From contig NC_135813.1 in assembly GCF_964213995.1 (NCBI RefSeq), positions 87,730,001 to 87,794,000 on the forward strand: 64,000 bases of DNA, given 5' to 3'. Shown here one piece after another: positions 41,517 to 53,725 of this stretch (positions are counted from its first letter, which is position 1; every line of letters starts with the position of its first letter). The notes under the pieces are model-generated. The model worked only from the letters and a program-made list of their open reading frames with translations, ran no database searches and was not told where the DNA came from. Source of the DNA: Mustelus asterias (Eukaryota). The translations under genes and the position numbers were made by a program.

Positions 41517-42880
41517 TAAGAAGTTTAACAACACCAGGTTAAAGTCCAACAGGTTTATTTGGTAGCAAATGCCACTAGCTTTCGGAGCGCTGCCCCTTCG
41601 TCAGGTGGAATGGAGAAATGCTCACAAACAGGGCATACAGATTCACAAACTCAATTTACAGAATAATAATTGGAATGCAGTCTTTACAGATAATCAAGAC
41701 TTAAAGGCACAAACAATGTGAATGGAGGGAGCATTAAGCACAGGTTAGAGAGATGTGTATTGGAGAGATCCTCCGGAGCCTTCAACATGTCATTGATGAA
41801 GACGAACATCTCGCCAAGGCCATCCCCACACCCCCACTTCTTGCCTTCAAACAACTGCACAACCTCAAACAGACCATTGTCCGCAGCAAAATACCCAGCC
41901 TTCAGGAGTACAGTGACCACGACACCACACAACCCTGCCACAGCAACCTCTGCAAGACGTGCCGGATCATCGACACAGATGCCATCATCTCACGTGAGAA
42001 CACCATCCACCAGGTACACGGTACATACTCTTGCAACTCGGCCAACGTTGTCTACCTGATACGCTGCAGGAAAGGATGTCCCGAAGCATGGTACATTGGG
42101 GAGACCATGCAGACGCTATGACAATGGATGGATGAACACTGCTCGACAATCACCAGGCAAGACTGGTTGAAAAAGAGTGGTTGGGGTGTGGAATGGACTG
42201 CCTGCAGTGATAGTGGAGTCAGACACTTTAGGAACATTTAAGTGGTTATTGGATAGGCACATGGAGCACACCAGGATGATAGGGAGTGGGATAGCTTGAT
42301 CTTGGTTTCAGATAAAGCTCGGCACAACATCGTGGGCCGAAGGGCCTGTTCTGTGCTGTACTGTTCTATGTTCTATGTTCTAAGACTGTTCTCTTCCTGT
42401 TGGGGAGCACTTCAGCGGTCACGGGCATTCGGCCTCTGATCTTTGCGTAAGCGTTCTCCAAGGCGGCCTTCATGACACACGACAGCGCAGAGTCGCTGAG
42501 CAGAAACTGATAGCCAAGTTCCGCACACATGAGGATGGCCTCAACCGGGATCTTGGGTTCATGTCACACTATCTGTAACCCCCACAGCTTGTCTGGACTT
42601 GCAGAATCTCACTGGCTGTCCTGTCTGGAGACAATACACATCTCTTTAACCTGTGCTTAATGCTCCCTCCACCCACATTGTCTGTATCTTTAAGATCTGG
42701 CTGGTTGTAGGGATTCGCATTCTAATCAGTATTCAGTAAATTGATTTTGTGTCTCTGTGCCCTGTTTGAGAGTACATTTCCACTCCATCTGACAAAGGAG
42801 CAGCGCTTCAAAAGCTAATGGTATTTGCTACCAAATAAACCTGTTGGACTTTAACCTGGTGTTGTTAAAACTCTTACTGT
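41517..42880 (+). mobile_element. Penelope-like retroelement fragment (GIY-YIG endonuclease end) with inverted terminal repeats
   Basis: Peptide ...CKTC...HQVHGTYSCNSANVVYLIRCRKGCPEAWYIGET (GIY-YIG). Termini aacaacaccaggttaaagtccaacaggtttatttggtagc and its reverse complement at about 42825-42870. Confidence 0.88.
41572..41608 (-). ncRNA. Minimal hammerhead ribozyme motif (duplicate copy)
   Basis: Identical to 8851-8887. Confidence 0.65.
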
Positions 42881-43701
42881 GGGACTCTCTTGCCAGCCCC
42901 CCTCCCTATGGGACCACTCCTTTGGATTTTTGCTTTCAACGGCTCTGCTCTCCAGGTCATATGACCCTCTCTGCACAGGGGCTCTGGGACAGACCTCAGC
43001 CCAAAGAGCTCAAAATGTCAAACTGCACGGGCTGCAGATACATAGAAGCTCCAAAGTCTTGGAGTTGACGACTAGCTGCTCTCCAGTGCTTTTATAACAC
43101 TTTCATCTTCATTCTGAGTTTCTACAATTTGTTCCATGCTGACTTTGATAAAGTAGAATTGAAGAAATGCACTTTGCTGATACTACATCCACAGGAAGCT
43201 TTGAAAGCATCTTCAACCAGGGAAATTGAAAAAGAATAAATGTTTGTTTATTTATATAAATGAGGATCTTACCCTGGAGGTGGGAAGAGCTGTGAACAAC
43301 AGATGAATCAGATTCAGAAACCAAACAAACAGTAAGGGATGGAAGAGATGACAAATGTCTTGAGATGAGATGTTCTCTCTGGATTTGTTATTTGAGCAGT
43401 GAAGAAAAAGATTAGTTTTGCTTCTTTGAACATTGGCAGGAAGTTTGAGAAACTTCAAACAAACCTTTAATTTTCAAATGAAAACCGATTTGGGAAAAAC
43501 TGTATTCAGTCAGAAATCTTTGAGCAAGAAATGAAGCGCAGCACCTGGTTTCACACCGACCTGAGGCCAGAGGGGATTTCACATTCTGACTTCATGGTTT
43601 TCAGTGACCCAGCCAACTCGCTGATCATTCATGCAACACGGGTGTTGCCCAAATGGAACCTCCCTTTCACCGTAGTCCTGCAAATTCTTAACTTTTAAGC
43701 G

Positions 43702-43984
43702 GCGGTGTGGTGGCACTGTGGTTAGCACTGCTGCCACACAGCGCCAGGGACCCGGGTTCAATTCCCGGCTTGGGTCACTGTCTATGTGGAGTTTGCACGT
43801 TCTCCCCGTGTCTGCGTGGATTTCCTCTGGGTGCTCCAGTTACCTCCCACAGTCCAAAGATGTGTGGGTTAGGTGCACTGGCCGTGCTAAATTCTCCCTT
43901 AGTGTACCTGAACAGGCACCGAAATGTGGCAACATTTTCACAGTGTTCATGTAAGCCAACTTGTGACGAATAAACTTTACTTTA
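43702..43984 (+). mobile_element. HE1-type SINE with alternative tail
   Basis: Full head and core; tail gtaagccaacttgtgacgaataaactttacttta. Confidence 0.82.
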
Positions 43985-44346
43985 TCCACTTCTTTGTGAA
44001 AGCCGTGCTTGAATCCGCCTCAATCACCTTTTCCAACAGTGCATTCCAGATTGTAGACACTCACTGTTTAAAAAGGATTTTCCCCATGTTGCCTTTGATT
44101 CTTTTGCCAATCACTTTAAACCTGCGCCCTCTGGTTCTTGACCTTACCGGTTGCAGTTTTTTTAAGTCTACTTTGCCAAGAACCCTCCACCAAATCTCCT
44201 CTAAATCTTGTCTGGAGAACCAATCCCAGGTTCACTAATCAGTCCATGTAACTGAAGTCCCACATCCCTGGAACTCACCTTGTAAATCTTTTCTGCACCC
44301 TCTCAAAAATCTGGTGTCCACAATTGGTGAGACTGAAACAGTGTTC

Positions 44347-44620
44347 ATCGAATACCTACGCTGCAGAAAGAGGCCATTGGGCCCATCGAGCCTGCACGGA
44401 CAACAATCCCATCAAGGCCCTATCTTTATGCTTTAACCCTGCCAATCTCCATGACACTAAGGGGCAATGTAGCATAGCCAATCAACCTAACCTGCACAGT
44501 TTTGGACTGTGGAAGGAAACCAGAGCAAACACTGGAAGAACGTGCAAATTCCACAGTCACCCCAGGCCGGAATTGAACCCGGGTCCCTGGCATTGTGAGG
44601 CAGCAGTGCTAACCACTGTG
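44347..44620 (-). mobile_element. HE1-type SINE
   Basis: Reverse-complement head and CR1-type tail. Confidence 0.78.
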
Positions 44621-45944
44621 TTCTCTAAAGGTTGGATGTAACTTGTTTGCTTTTGTACATTATGCCTCTATTTATAATGTTCCCTATGCCCCACCTGCAC
44701 TTTAAAGCCACTGCATCTTTTTTTTAATGGGATGCACTGTCTGCAAGGAAGGCGGAAGTAAATTCCGGGGAAGCGGGACTAATTGAATGGCTTTTTCAAA
44801 GACGCCCCGCAGGTCAAACGGGTCTCTTTCTGTGGTGGACAATTCAATGATTCTATGAATGCTTTGGGTGAAATTTCTCATGACATCATGAAGTTTCATT
44901 CAATGAATATCATGATGAAGACTAGGATTCTGAATCCCTGGTGAGCACATTAGTCCGAGAGAAATCATGCATACGGTTATTCTCAGCCTATCTTTTAATC
45001 TGTATTCTTCGTGTATCTAAAAGGTTGAAACAAAGAAAGGGCTTGGAAGGCAATAGCAATCTTTAATAATACATCAGTGACTGCACTTCAAGAAGTACTT
45101 AATTGGCTGTAAAGCACCTTGGAACATTTTGAGGTCATAAAAGGTGATTTATAAATGCAATTCTTTAGCAGCCATTTAAAGTCAATTACAGTTCTGCTTT
45201 AAGAGACATGTTCTAGTTACATAAGGTAGAATTATACGCAGCAGCTGTCTGAGCTCCCTCAGCTACCTGGCCTTTAAATCCATCCACTCCAATTATGATG
45301 GCTTTAGTCAGTTCTGAAAATACAGAAATAAGCTATCTGGCCTGGGGCAAGTCTGCACAGTCGAGCAGCAGTGTTAAAGTCAGGCAGAAATCCACAGGTG
45401 ACTTGCCAGGTCTCCCAGCTGCAAGCCTGCAAATAAAACAGACGTGGGTGGGAGAGATGGGGGAGAATGCAAAGAGAAAAGAATTAAAATCACTCAGATA
45501 ATCATCTTTAACAACTGCATTATTGCACTTCTACACTCCTTAATCCCTGTCTAGAAATATTCAGGCCGGTGAAAATGTTCAATTTCCTGAGTTCACAGAC
45601 ATTTTCTTCCAGACTCTGTTTTCAGAGAATATAGCTCAAAACAGAGATTGCTAAAACCATAAGATATAGGAGCAGAATTAGGCCATTCGGCCTATCGAGT
45701 CTGCTCCAGCGTTCAATCACGGCTGAGATGATTCTCATCCCCATTCTCCTGCCTTCTCCCTGTAATCCTTGACCCCCTTATTGATCAAGAACCTGGAAAA
45801 GTGGGAAATGTTGAGATTGGTTCAGTAATTTCAACCTTTTCGTTTGGATGTTTCCCCTTTTTTGTTTGTCCCCTTTCCTTTGCCGATCGAGCTTGATAAG
45901 AATAGGGGAGAGAGCAGTGGCTCCTGGCCAATGCCAGTTCCAAA

Positions 45945-46270
45945 GGGGAGACGGTGGCATGGTGGTGTTGTCACTGGACTCGTAATCTAGAGACCCAGGG
46001 TAGTACTCAAGGGACCCATCACGGCAGATGTTGAAATCTGAATTCAATAAAATCTGGAGTTGAAAGTCTGACCATGAAACCATTGTCAATTGTTGTAAAA
46101 ACCCATCTGGTTCACTGATGTCCTTTAGGAAAGGAAATCTGCTGTCCTTACCTAGTCTGGCCTACATGTGACTTCAGAACCACAGCAATGTGGTTAACTC
46201 TTAAATGCCCTCTGGGATGAGCAATAAATGCTGGACCAGTCAGCGATGCCCATATCTCATAAATTAATAT
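45945..46270 (+). mobile_element. Second tRNA-derived SINE family (related pieces at about 10490-10806 minus and 48128-48262 plus)
   Basis: Head gtggtattatcactggactagtaatcc; core ggaaatctgctgtccttacc; three related copies in the window. Confidence 0.65.
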
Positions 46271-46835
46271 TTTTTAAAGAGATCATGTGGACTCCATGTT
46301 AACTCCAGATGCTGCCAAACCAGCTCGGTTTGTCTCGCCTTTTCTGTTTTCAGCTCAAATTTCCAGTGTCCACAGTTTTCCAGGGGCCGTTTGATTGACC
46401 TTTCACCCTTGGCGAGATGCTGCAGCTCAGTTCTGCTCAAGTGCTGGGAGCTCGGCTATGTGCCTCTCTGGACTTTGCTCAGCACATCCCCACCACCATC
46501 AAGGTTTGTCTCCGTCACGTAATTTATCCTGAGGTCCACAAATCAGAAAGACTATATGAGTGTTGGAAGGGTTGCTATTCAGATTTACCAGAATGATACC
46601 TGAGCTAAAAGGGTTAAATCACGAAACTACATTACACGGACCATTACCCTGAACATAGAAAGTTCAGCAAGTGATCTAATTGAGGTGTTCAAGTTGAATA
46701 AAGGATTTGATAGAATAGATGGAGAAAAACTATTTCTGTTTGAGAAAGAGTTAGAACAAGGGGGCAGAACCTTAAAATTAGTGCCAAGTCATTCAGCGGT
46801 GATATCAGGAAGAACTTCCTCCTTTAAAGGGTAAT

Positions 46836-47142
46836 TGTGGTGAACCATAGTTGGTTACCACTATGAGTACTGAACCATAGATGGTCAGCACTATGAGTAC
46901 TTGTAGATATGTTACTGTTATCACTGTTGGGGTCAGGGTTGGGGTGTTCTACCTGTTGATATTGTTCTGTGGTACACTCCAGTTGGCTCCGCCTACCAGG
47001 AGGAGTATAAAGGTCACTGCACTGCCTGGTGACCCTTTAGTCTGGGATTGTATTGTATATAGTATGGTCCATTCTTGTTAGTAATAAAAGCCTTTATTTC
47101 CCGGGTACGATCCAGCCTCCCGAGTGATTTAATCGCGCATCA
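46836..47142 (+). mobile_element. Solo LTR (307 bp)
   Basis: TG...CA ends, perfect 5-bp target-site duplication gtaat, internal TATAAA (about 47006) and AATAAA (about 47083). Confidence 0.85.
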
Positions 47143-47732
47143 GTAATCATAGAATCCCTGTAGTGCAAAAGGACGCCATTCGACCCATCGAGTCTGCAAC
47201 GACCACAATCCCACCCAGGTCCTTTCCTGTAATCCCACATATTTGCCCTGCTAATTCCCCTGACACCAGGATCAATTTACCATGGCCAATCAACCTAACC
47301 ACATCTTTGGAGTGGAAATCTAACTCTAATCCCCAGAAAGCTGTTGACACAGATAATCAATTGTAAATTTCAAAACAAAAATGAATGTTAGCAAACAAAA
47401 ACATCTATTAAAATTGCGGAATGAAAGTGGGTAGATAGAGTTGACATACAGTTCAGGTGGTTGGCAGAATGGGTTCAAGAGCCTGCTCCTATTTCCCTAA
47501 CCAAGGCAGCAGGACCTGCACCACCGCCCGTGTCAAAGAGATTCTTTGTTACATTCACGAGATGTCTCCCTCCCACTTTGTGATAAACACTTGCCCTCCT
47601 AGAGTCAGTAAGCATATGAAATAAGAGCAGGTGTGAGCCACTTAAAGCCTGTGTTCCAGGAAACGGTGTGTGCGGGTTGTGTATGTGTGTTCTCGTTTAC
47701 TGTAGCATACATCTCCCAGCTGCTTTCTGAGA

Positions 47733-48037
47733 GAATCATAGAATCACTACAGTTCAGAAGGAGGCCATTTGGCCCAACGAGTCTGCACTGACCACAATCC
47801 CACCCAGGCCCTGTCCCTGTAATCCCATGCATTTTCCCTAGTTAGTCCCCCTGACACTAATGAGAGGCAATTTAGCATGGCCAATCCACCTAACCCGCAC
47901 ATCTTTGGACTGTGGGAGGAAACCGGAGCACCCGGAGGAAACTCACGCAGACACGGGGAGAAGGTGCAGACTCCACATAGACAGTGACTCAAGCCGGGAA
48001 TCGAACCTGGGTCCCTGATGGTGAGAGGCAGCAGTGC
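47733..48037 (-). mobile_element. HE1-type SINE
   Basis: Near full length, CR1-type tail. Confidence 0.85.
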
Positions 48038-48267
48038 ATTCGTGCATTCAGAGGTCAAACTACACCTCCCCCCGCGCCCCCCCCCCCCTCTTGTATACAA
48101 GGTACTATTGATGCTGCTTGATCTGTATGGGGAGGGAATGGCATAGTGGTATTATCACTGGACTAGTAATCCCGGGACCAATAGTAATGCTCTGGGGACC
48201 CGGGTTCAAATCCCACAGCAGACATTGAAATTTGAATCCAATAAAAATCTGGAATTTGATTTATTTG

Positions 48268-48587
48268 GGGCAGCACGGTGACACGCAGTGGTTAGCACTG
48301 CTGCCTCACAGCGCCAGGGACCTGGGTTTAATTCCGGCCTCGGGTCACTGTCTGTGTGGAGTTTGCACATTCTCCCCGTGTCTACATGGGTTTCCTCCGG
48401 TGCTCTGGTTTCCTCCCACATCCAAAGATGTGCGGGCTAGGTTGATTGCCCATGTTAAATTGACCCGAGTGTTAGGGGTATTAGCAGGGTGAATATGAAG
48501 GGTTATGGAAATAGGGCCTGGGTGGGATTGTGGTCGGTGCAGACCCGATGGGCTGAATGGCCTCTTTCTGCATTGTAGGATTCTATG
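48268..48587 (+). mobile_element. HE1-type SINE
   Basis: Full length, CR1-type tail. Confidence 0.85.
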
Positions 48588-49409
48588 TTGAGTCTCTGCA
48601 GCAAACTTTATTTTCTATATTCTGCACCGACCTGCTCAGTTCATGCTCTGGAGATTTCCTTCCAGCTGTGCACTGAATCCTTGCCATGTGAAAGAAGAAC
48701 CGCAGTGTTTTGTGTTTAATGAAACTGCAATCATTCTGAAATAAAAACAAAAAAATCCTGGAAGCACTTTGAAGGTCAAGCAGTAACTCTGGAGAGAAAA
48801 ACTGGGTTAACCCTTTATTCTCCACAGTCAACTAATCATCCTCTGTCATTTACGTCACCTCCAGTGTGATGCCAGCAGCAGGCACATCTTCCCCATGCCC
48901 CCTTCAACATTCTGTAGGGACTTTGTGATTTCCTGATCCACTCCTCAATTCACCATTACCTCTCCGTTGATGAGGGGTCATCTTGACTCGAGACATTGGC
49001 TCTATTCTCTTCCCCACAGATGCTGTCAGACCTGCTGAGATTTTTCAGCAGTTTCTCTTTTTGTTTCAGATTCCAGCATCTGCAGTAATTTGCCTTTATA
49101 CCTTCTCCCTTCTCACTGCACCTTCTTGTGGCATCACAGGAGCTGTTCTCTCTTCCCTTCTTCCCTTTTTTCCTTCCATTTATTTTCCACATTCTCACCA
49201 GCCAGGGTCCCAAATACTCCATGTAGCATTTCTACTTCTTTCAATTTGCTGCTTCTGTGCCGCCTCTTCATCGACGAGACCAAGTGTAGCGTTGAACATT
49301 TGCTTTTCATCTGCAGATGTGACTCTGAGCTTCTACTTGCTGACCTCACTCTGAAACCTCCATCCTTGGCTCTTGCACTGTTCCAATGAAATTCAAAGTA
49401 TACCCAAGA

Positions 49410-51098
49410 AACAGGCTACCAGATGAAGGCAAGTAAAATCGCCGGCTCCAACACACCCCTCTCTGTTGAGCTCAATGCATTCTACACCGGTTTTGAGCAA
49501 GAGGCCAGCGAGAGCATGCCCTCCACCCTGGAAGCCCTGGATGAACCTGTATCTGGGGTCACCACTGCAGATGTAAGAGCAGCTTTCTTTTAGGTCAACC
49601 CATGGAAAGCAACTGGCCCAGATGGAGTACCTGGACATGCACTCAGATCCTGTGTGGATCAGCTGGCGGATGTATTCACAGACATCTTCAACCTCTCTTT
49701 ACAACAATCTGAGGTCCCTATCTGCTTCAAGAAGACTACCATCATCCCGGTACCTAAGAAAAACCAAGTAGCATGCCTTAATGACTATCGACCGGTAGCT
49801 CTGTCATCCATCATTATGAAGTGCTTCAAAAGATTAGTCATGGCACAAATCAATTCCAGCCTCCCGGACTACCTGGATCCACTACAGTTTGCCTGCTGCC
49901 GCAACAGATCCACAGCAGATGCCATTTCCCTGGCCCTGCACTCAACCCTGGAAACCTAGATAACAAGGATACCTATGCCAAACTCCTATTTATTGACTAC
50001 AGCTCAGCCTTCAACACTATTATTCCCACAAAACTCATCTCCAAACTCCGTGGCCTGGGCCTCGGCACTTCCCTCTGCGACTGGATCCTAAACTTCCTAA
50101 CTCACAGACCACAATCAGTAAGGATACTGAGGCAACAACACCTCATCCACGATCATCCTCAACAACGGTGCCCCACAAGGCTGTGTTCTCAGCCCCCTAC
50201 TATACTCCTTATACACCTAATGACTGTGTGGCCAAATTCCCCTCCAATTCGATTTTCAAGTTTGTTGACGACACCATCGCAGTGGGTCGGATCTCAAAAA
50301 ATAACGAGACAGAGTCCAGGAATGAGATAGAGAATCTGGTGAATTGGTACAGCAACAATAATCTCTCCCTCAATGTCAACAAAACGAAGGAGATTGTCAT
50401 TGACTTCAGGAAGTGTAAAGGAGAACATACCCCTGTCTACATCAATGGGGACAAAGTAGAAAGGGTCGAGAGCTTCATGTTTTTAGGTGTCCAGATCACC
50501 AACAATCTGTCCTGGTCCCCCCATGTTGACACTGTAGTTAAGAAAGCCCACCAACGCCTCTATCTTCTCAAAAGACTAAGGAAATTTGGCATGTCAGCAA
50601 TGACTCTCACCAACGTTTACAGATGCACCATAGAAAGCATTCTTTCTGGTTGTATCACAGCTTGGTATGGCTCCTGCTCTGCCCAAGACCGCAAGGAACT
50701 ACAAAAGGTTGTGAATGTAGCCCAATCCATCACGCATCTCCCATCCATTGATTCTGTCTACACTTGTCGCTGCCTCGGCAAAGCAGCCAGCATAATTCAG
50801 GACCCCACACACCTCGGACATTCTTTCTTCCACCTTCCATCGGGGAAAAAGATACAGAAGTCTGAGGTCACGTACCAACCGACTCGAGAACAGCTTCTTC
50901 CCTGCTGCTGTCAGACTTTTGAATGGACCTATCTGCATTAAGTTGATCTTTCTCTACACCCTAGCTATGACTGTAACACTACATTCTGCACTCTCTCCTT
51001 TCCTTCGCTATGAACGGTATGTTTTGTCTGTATAGCGCGCAAGAAACAATACTTTTCACTATATGTTAATACATGTGACAATAATAAATCAAATCAAA
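49410..51098 (+). mobile_element. Rex1/Babar-type non-LTR retrotransposon, 5'-truncated and frameshifted
   Basis: [15 protein letters not shown]...IIPVPKK...[35 protein letters not shown] motifs; tail aataaatcaaatcaaa. Confidence 0.85.
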
Positions 51099-52324
51099 GA
51101 AACAGCACCTCATTTTCAATTGGAAGCTTCTATAATATTCTAAAAAGGAGAGTGGGAATGGAGAAGTGGAAAAATGGAAAAGAAAGAAGGATGATAAAAA
51201 TGGATGAATGAGATGAAAAGAGGATACAGAATGAAATAAAATAACTTCATCTCCAGTTATTTTATTTTATATGATATTGTTGCAGTGATATATGACACAC
51301 AAGCAGGCCATTTGGCGCAACTAGTCTGTGCTGGTATTAATGCTCCACTTGAGCCTCCTCCCATTTTTCCTCATTTAAATCCATCATCGTAACCCTCCAT
51401 TCTTTTCTCCCTCATATGCTTGTCTGGCCTCTCTCTACATGCAGCTGTACGATTCATTTCCACCTTCTCACTACCCTTTGGATAAAAAAAAGTTTCTTCT
51501 GAATTCCCTGTTGAATTTCTTGTCTCCATGACTGCATCTGAGAGTTCATTCCTTGTGCGAACCACTTGTGGTTTTGGAAGAATTTACTCATGTCACACCT
51601 ATATTTGTCTTTTACTGGTTTGAACCTGTGTCACCTTGTTATACAATTTGGTCCCAAGTATTCAACTGGATTTAGCTTTTAATACAATTTACTTTCATAC
51701 GTATCTTTAATCACCCGGTAATCATGTCATTGCAAAGCTTATAAATCTGACCTTTGACAATAGTCCAGAATTTGCTGAAAACCTAAGCGTAGGAACAATA
51801 AATACTATTATTTATGTGAAAATTATCCAGCAAGTTGTTGAAAAAGAGTCCACGAATTGTGAATCATTGCAAGTTGTTGGACAATTACCTTTACTCCACT
51901 GTTAACTTTGTTGAAAATGGCATTACACTCTTACTCTTGTCGTAATTTCATGAAGTCACTATTTGCACACTGCCATTTAAACTCACCACGGAGTTAAATC
52001 TGATAATAAACAGTGTAAATACTCCTTAATGGCCTCATGATTAATAGTTGCCAATCAAAGTGAACAATTAACAGTGGACAGTCTGCTACGTGAATTGTTG
52101 TGGATTTTGTTCCTTTTTTTGTTCCTGTAATTTTGTTTGTTCTTTTGTCTTTGTTATTTTTCTTTTTCTTTTAGCATCTGCGATGACATTGAATTCACCC
52201 ACTCCAACTCGTCGTCCCCTTCAGTCCTTTTCCACGCACCTTCAGTCTCATTGCAGATGCACTGGGTCCTGTCACTTGGTTTTACCAACTGGGTGTATTT
52301 GTGACACCAACACCTTACAGCAAC

Positions 52325-53108
52325 CTCCCCACCCCTCCTCCTCCCCCCCCACCCCTCCTCCTCCCCCCCACCCCCTCCTCATCCCCCCCACCCCCTCCTC
52401 CTCCCCCCCACCCCCTCCTCCTCCCCCCCACCCCCTCCTCCTCCCCCCCACCCCCTCCTCCTCCCCCCCACCCCCTCCTCCTCCCCCCCACCCCCTCCTC
52501 CTCCCCCCCACCCCCTCCTCCTCCCCCACCCCTCCTCCTCCCCCCCACCCCCTCCTCCTCCCCCCACCCCCTCCTCCTCCCCCCCACCCCCTCCTCCTCC
52601 CCCCTCCCCCTCCCCCCCCTCCTCCCCCCCCCCCCCCCTCCTCCCCCCCCCACCCCCTCCTCCTCCCCCCACCCCCTCCTCCTCACCCCCACCCCCTCCC
52701 CCCACCCCCCTCCCCCTCCCCCCACCCCCCACCCCTCCCCCGCACTCCCACCCCCTCCCCCCACCCCCTCCCCCCACCCCCTCCTCCTCCCCCCACCCCT
52801 CCTCCTCCCCCCCCACCCCCTCCTCCTCCCCCCCCACCCCCTCCTCCTCCCCCCCCACCCCCTCCTCCTCCCCCCCCACCCCCTCCTCCTCCCCCCCCAC
52901 CCCCTCCTCCTCCCCCCCCACCCCCTCCTCCTCCCCCCCCACCCCCTCCTCCTCCCCCCCCACCCCCTCCTCCTCCCCCCCCACCCCCTCCTCCTCCCCC
53001 CCCACCCCCTCCTCCTCCCCCCCCACCCCCTCCTCCTCCCCCCCCACCCCCTCCTCCTCCCCCCCCCCTCCTCCTCCCCCCCCCCCCTCCTCCCCCACCC
53101 CCTCCTCC
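52325..53108. repeat. C-rich low-complexity minisatellite (about 18-21 bp unit acccctcctcctccccccc)
   Basis: About 780 bp almost entirely C/T/A; runs into the N gap. Confidence 0.95.
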
Positions 53109-53279
53109 NNNNNNNNNNNNNNNNNNNNNNNNNNNNNNNNNNNNNNNNNNNNNNNNNNNNNNNNNNNNNNNNNNNNNNNNNNNNNNNNNNNNNNNNNNNN
53201 NNNNNNNNNNNNNNNNNNNNNNNNNNNNNNNNNNNNNNNNNNNNNNNNNNNNNNNNNNNNNNNNNNNNNNNNNNNNNNN
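53109..53279. other. Assembly gap (171 N)
   Basis: Run of n. Confidence 1.
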
Positions 53280-53419
53280 TCTTCCCCCCCCCTCCTCCTC
53301 CCTGACCCCAGCACTCCTATGGTCAATCCGCCTACCTGCCAACAGCCAATTAGAAATGGAAGAAATGAACTAATAACCAAAAGTATACAAAGCAATACAA
53401 TACCTTTCAAAACCACAGG

Positions 53420-53725
53420 CTGTCCTGTTGATAATGTAGTGACTGTTATAATGGAGGAAACAGGGTGGCCAATTTGCACACAGCAAGATCCCACAGGCAG
53501 AAATGTGATAATGACCAGATAATCTGTTTGGTGATGTTGATTGAGGGGTAGCCAGGACACTGGAGGTAACTGCACTTCTTCAAACTAGTGTCTTGGGATC
53601 TTTTACATCCACCTGAGAGGGCAGACCTAGTCTCAGTTTAATGTCTCATCTCTGGAGTGGGACTAGAAGTCCCATCCTTCTGTCCCAGAGATGAGGGTGC
53701 TGTCCTCTGAAGCTACAGCTGATAA
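53420..53725 (-). mobile_element. DeuSINE remnant
   Basis: gggatcttttacatccacctgagagggcagac...gtttaatgtctcatc Deu-domain signature. Confidence 0.65.

Larger units (their letters stand above)
32722..42571 (+). repeat. Segmental direct duplication, right copy
   Basis: Matches 1-9850; continues into the uninterrupted Penelope end at 42572. Confidence 0.97.

Noticed and set aside
52090-53575. Long poly-Pro / Gly-Glu ORFs (up to 427 aa)
   Set aside because: They come from translating a C-rich simple repeat and an N gap; open in several frames with no gene context.
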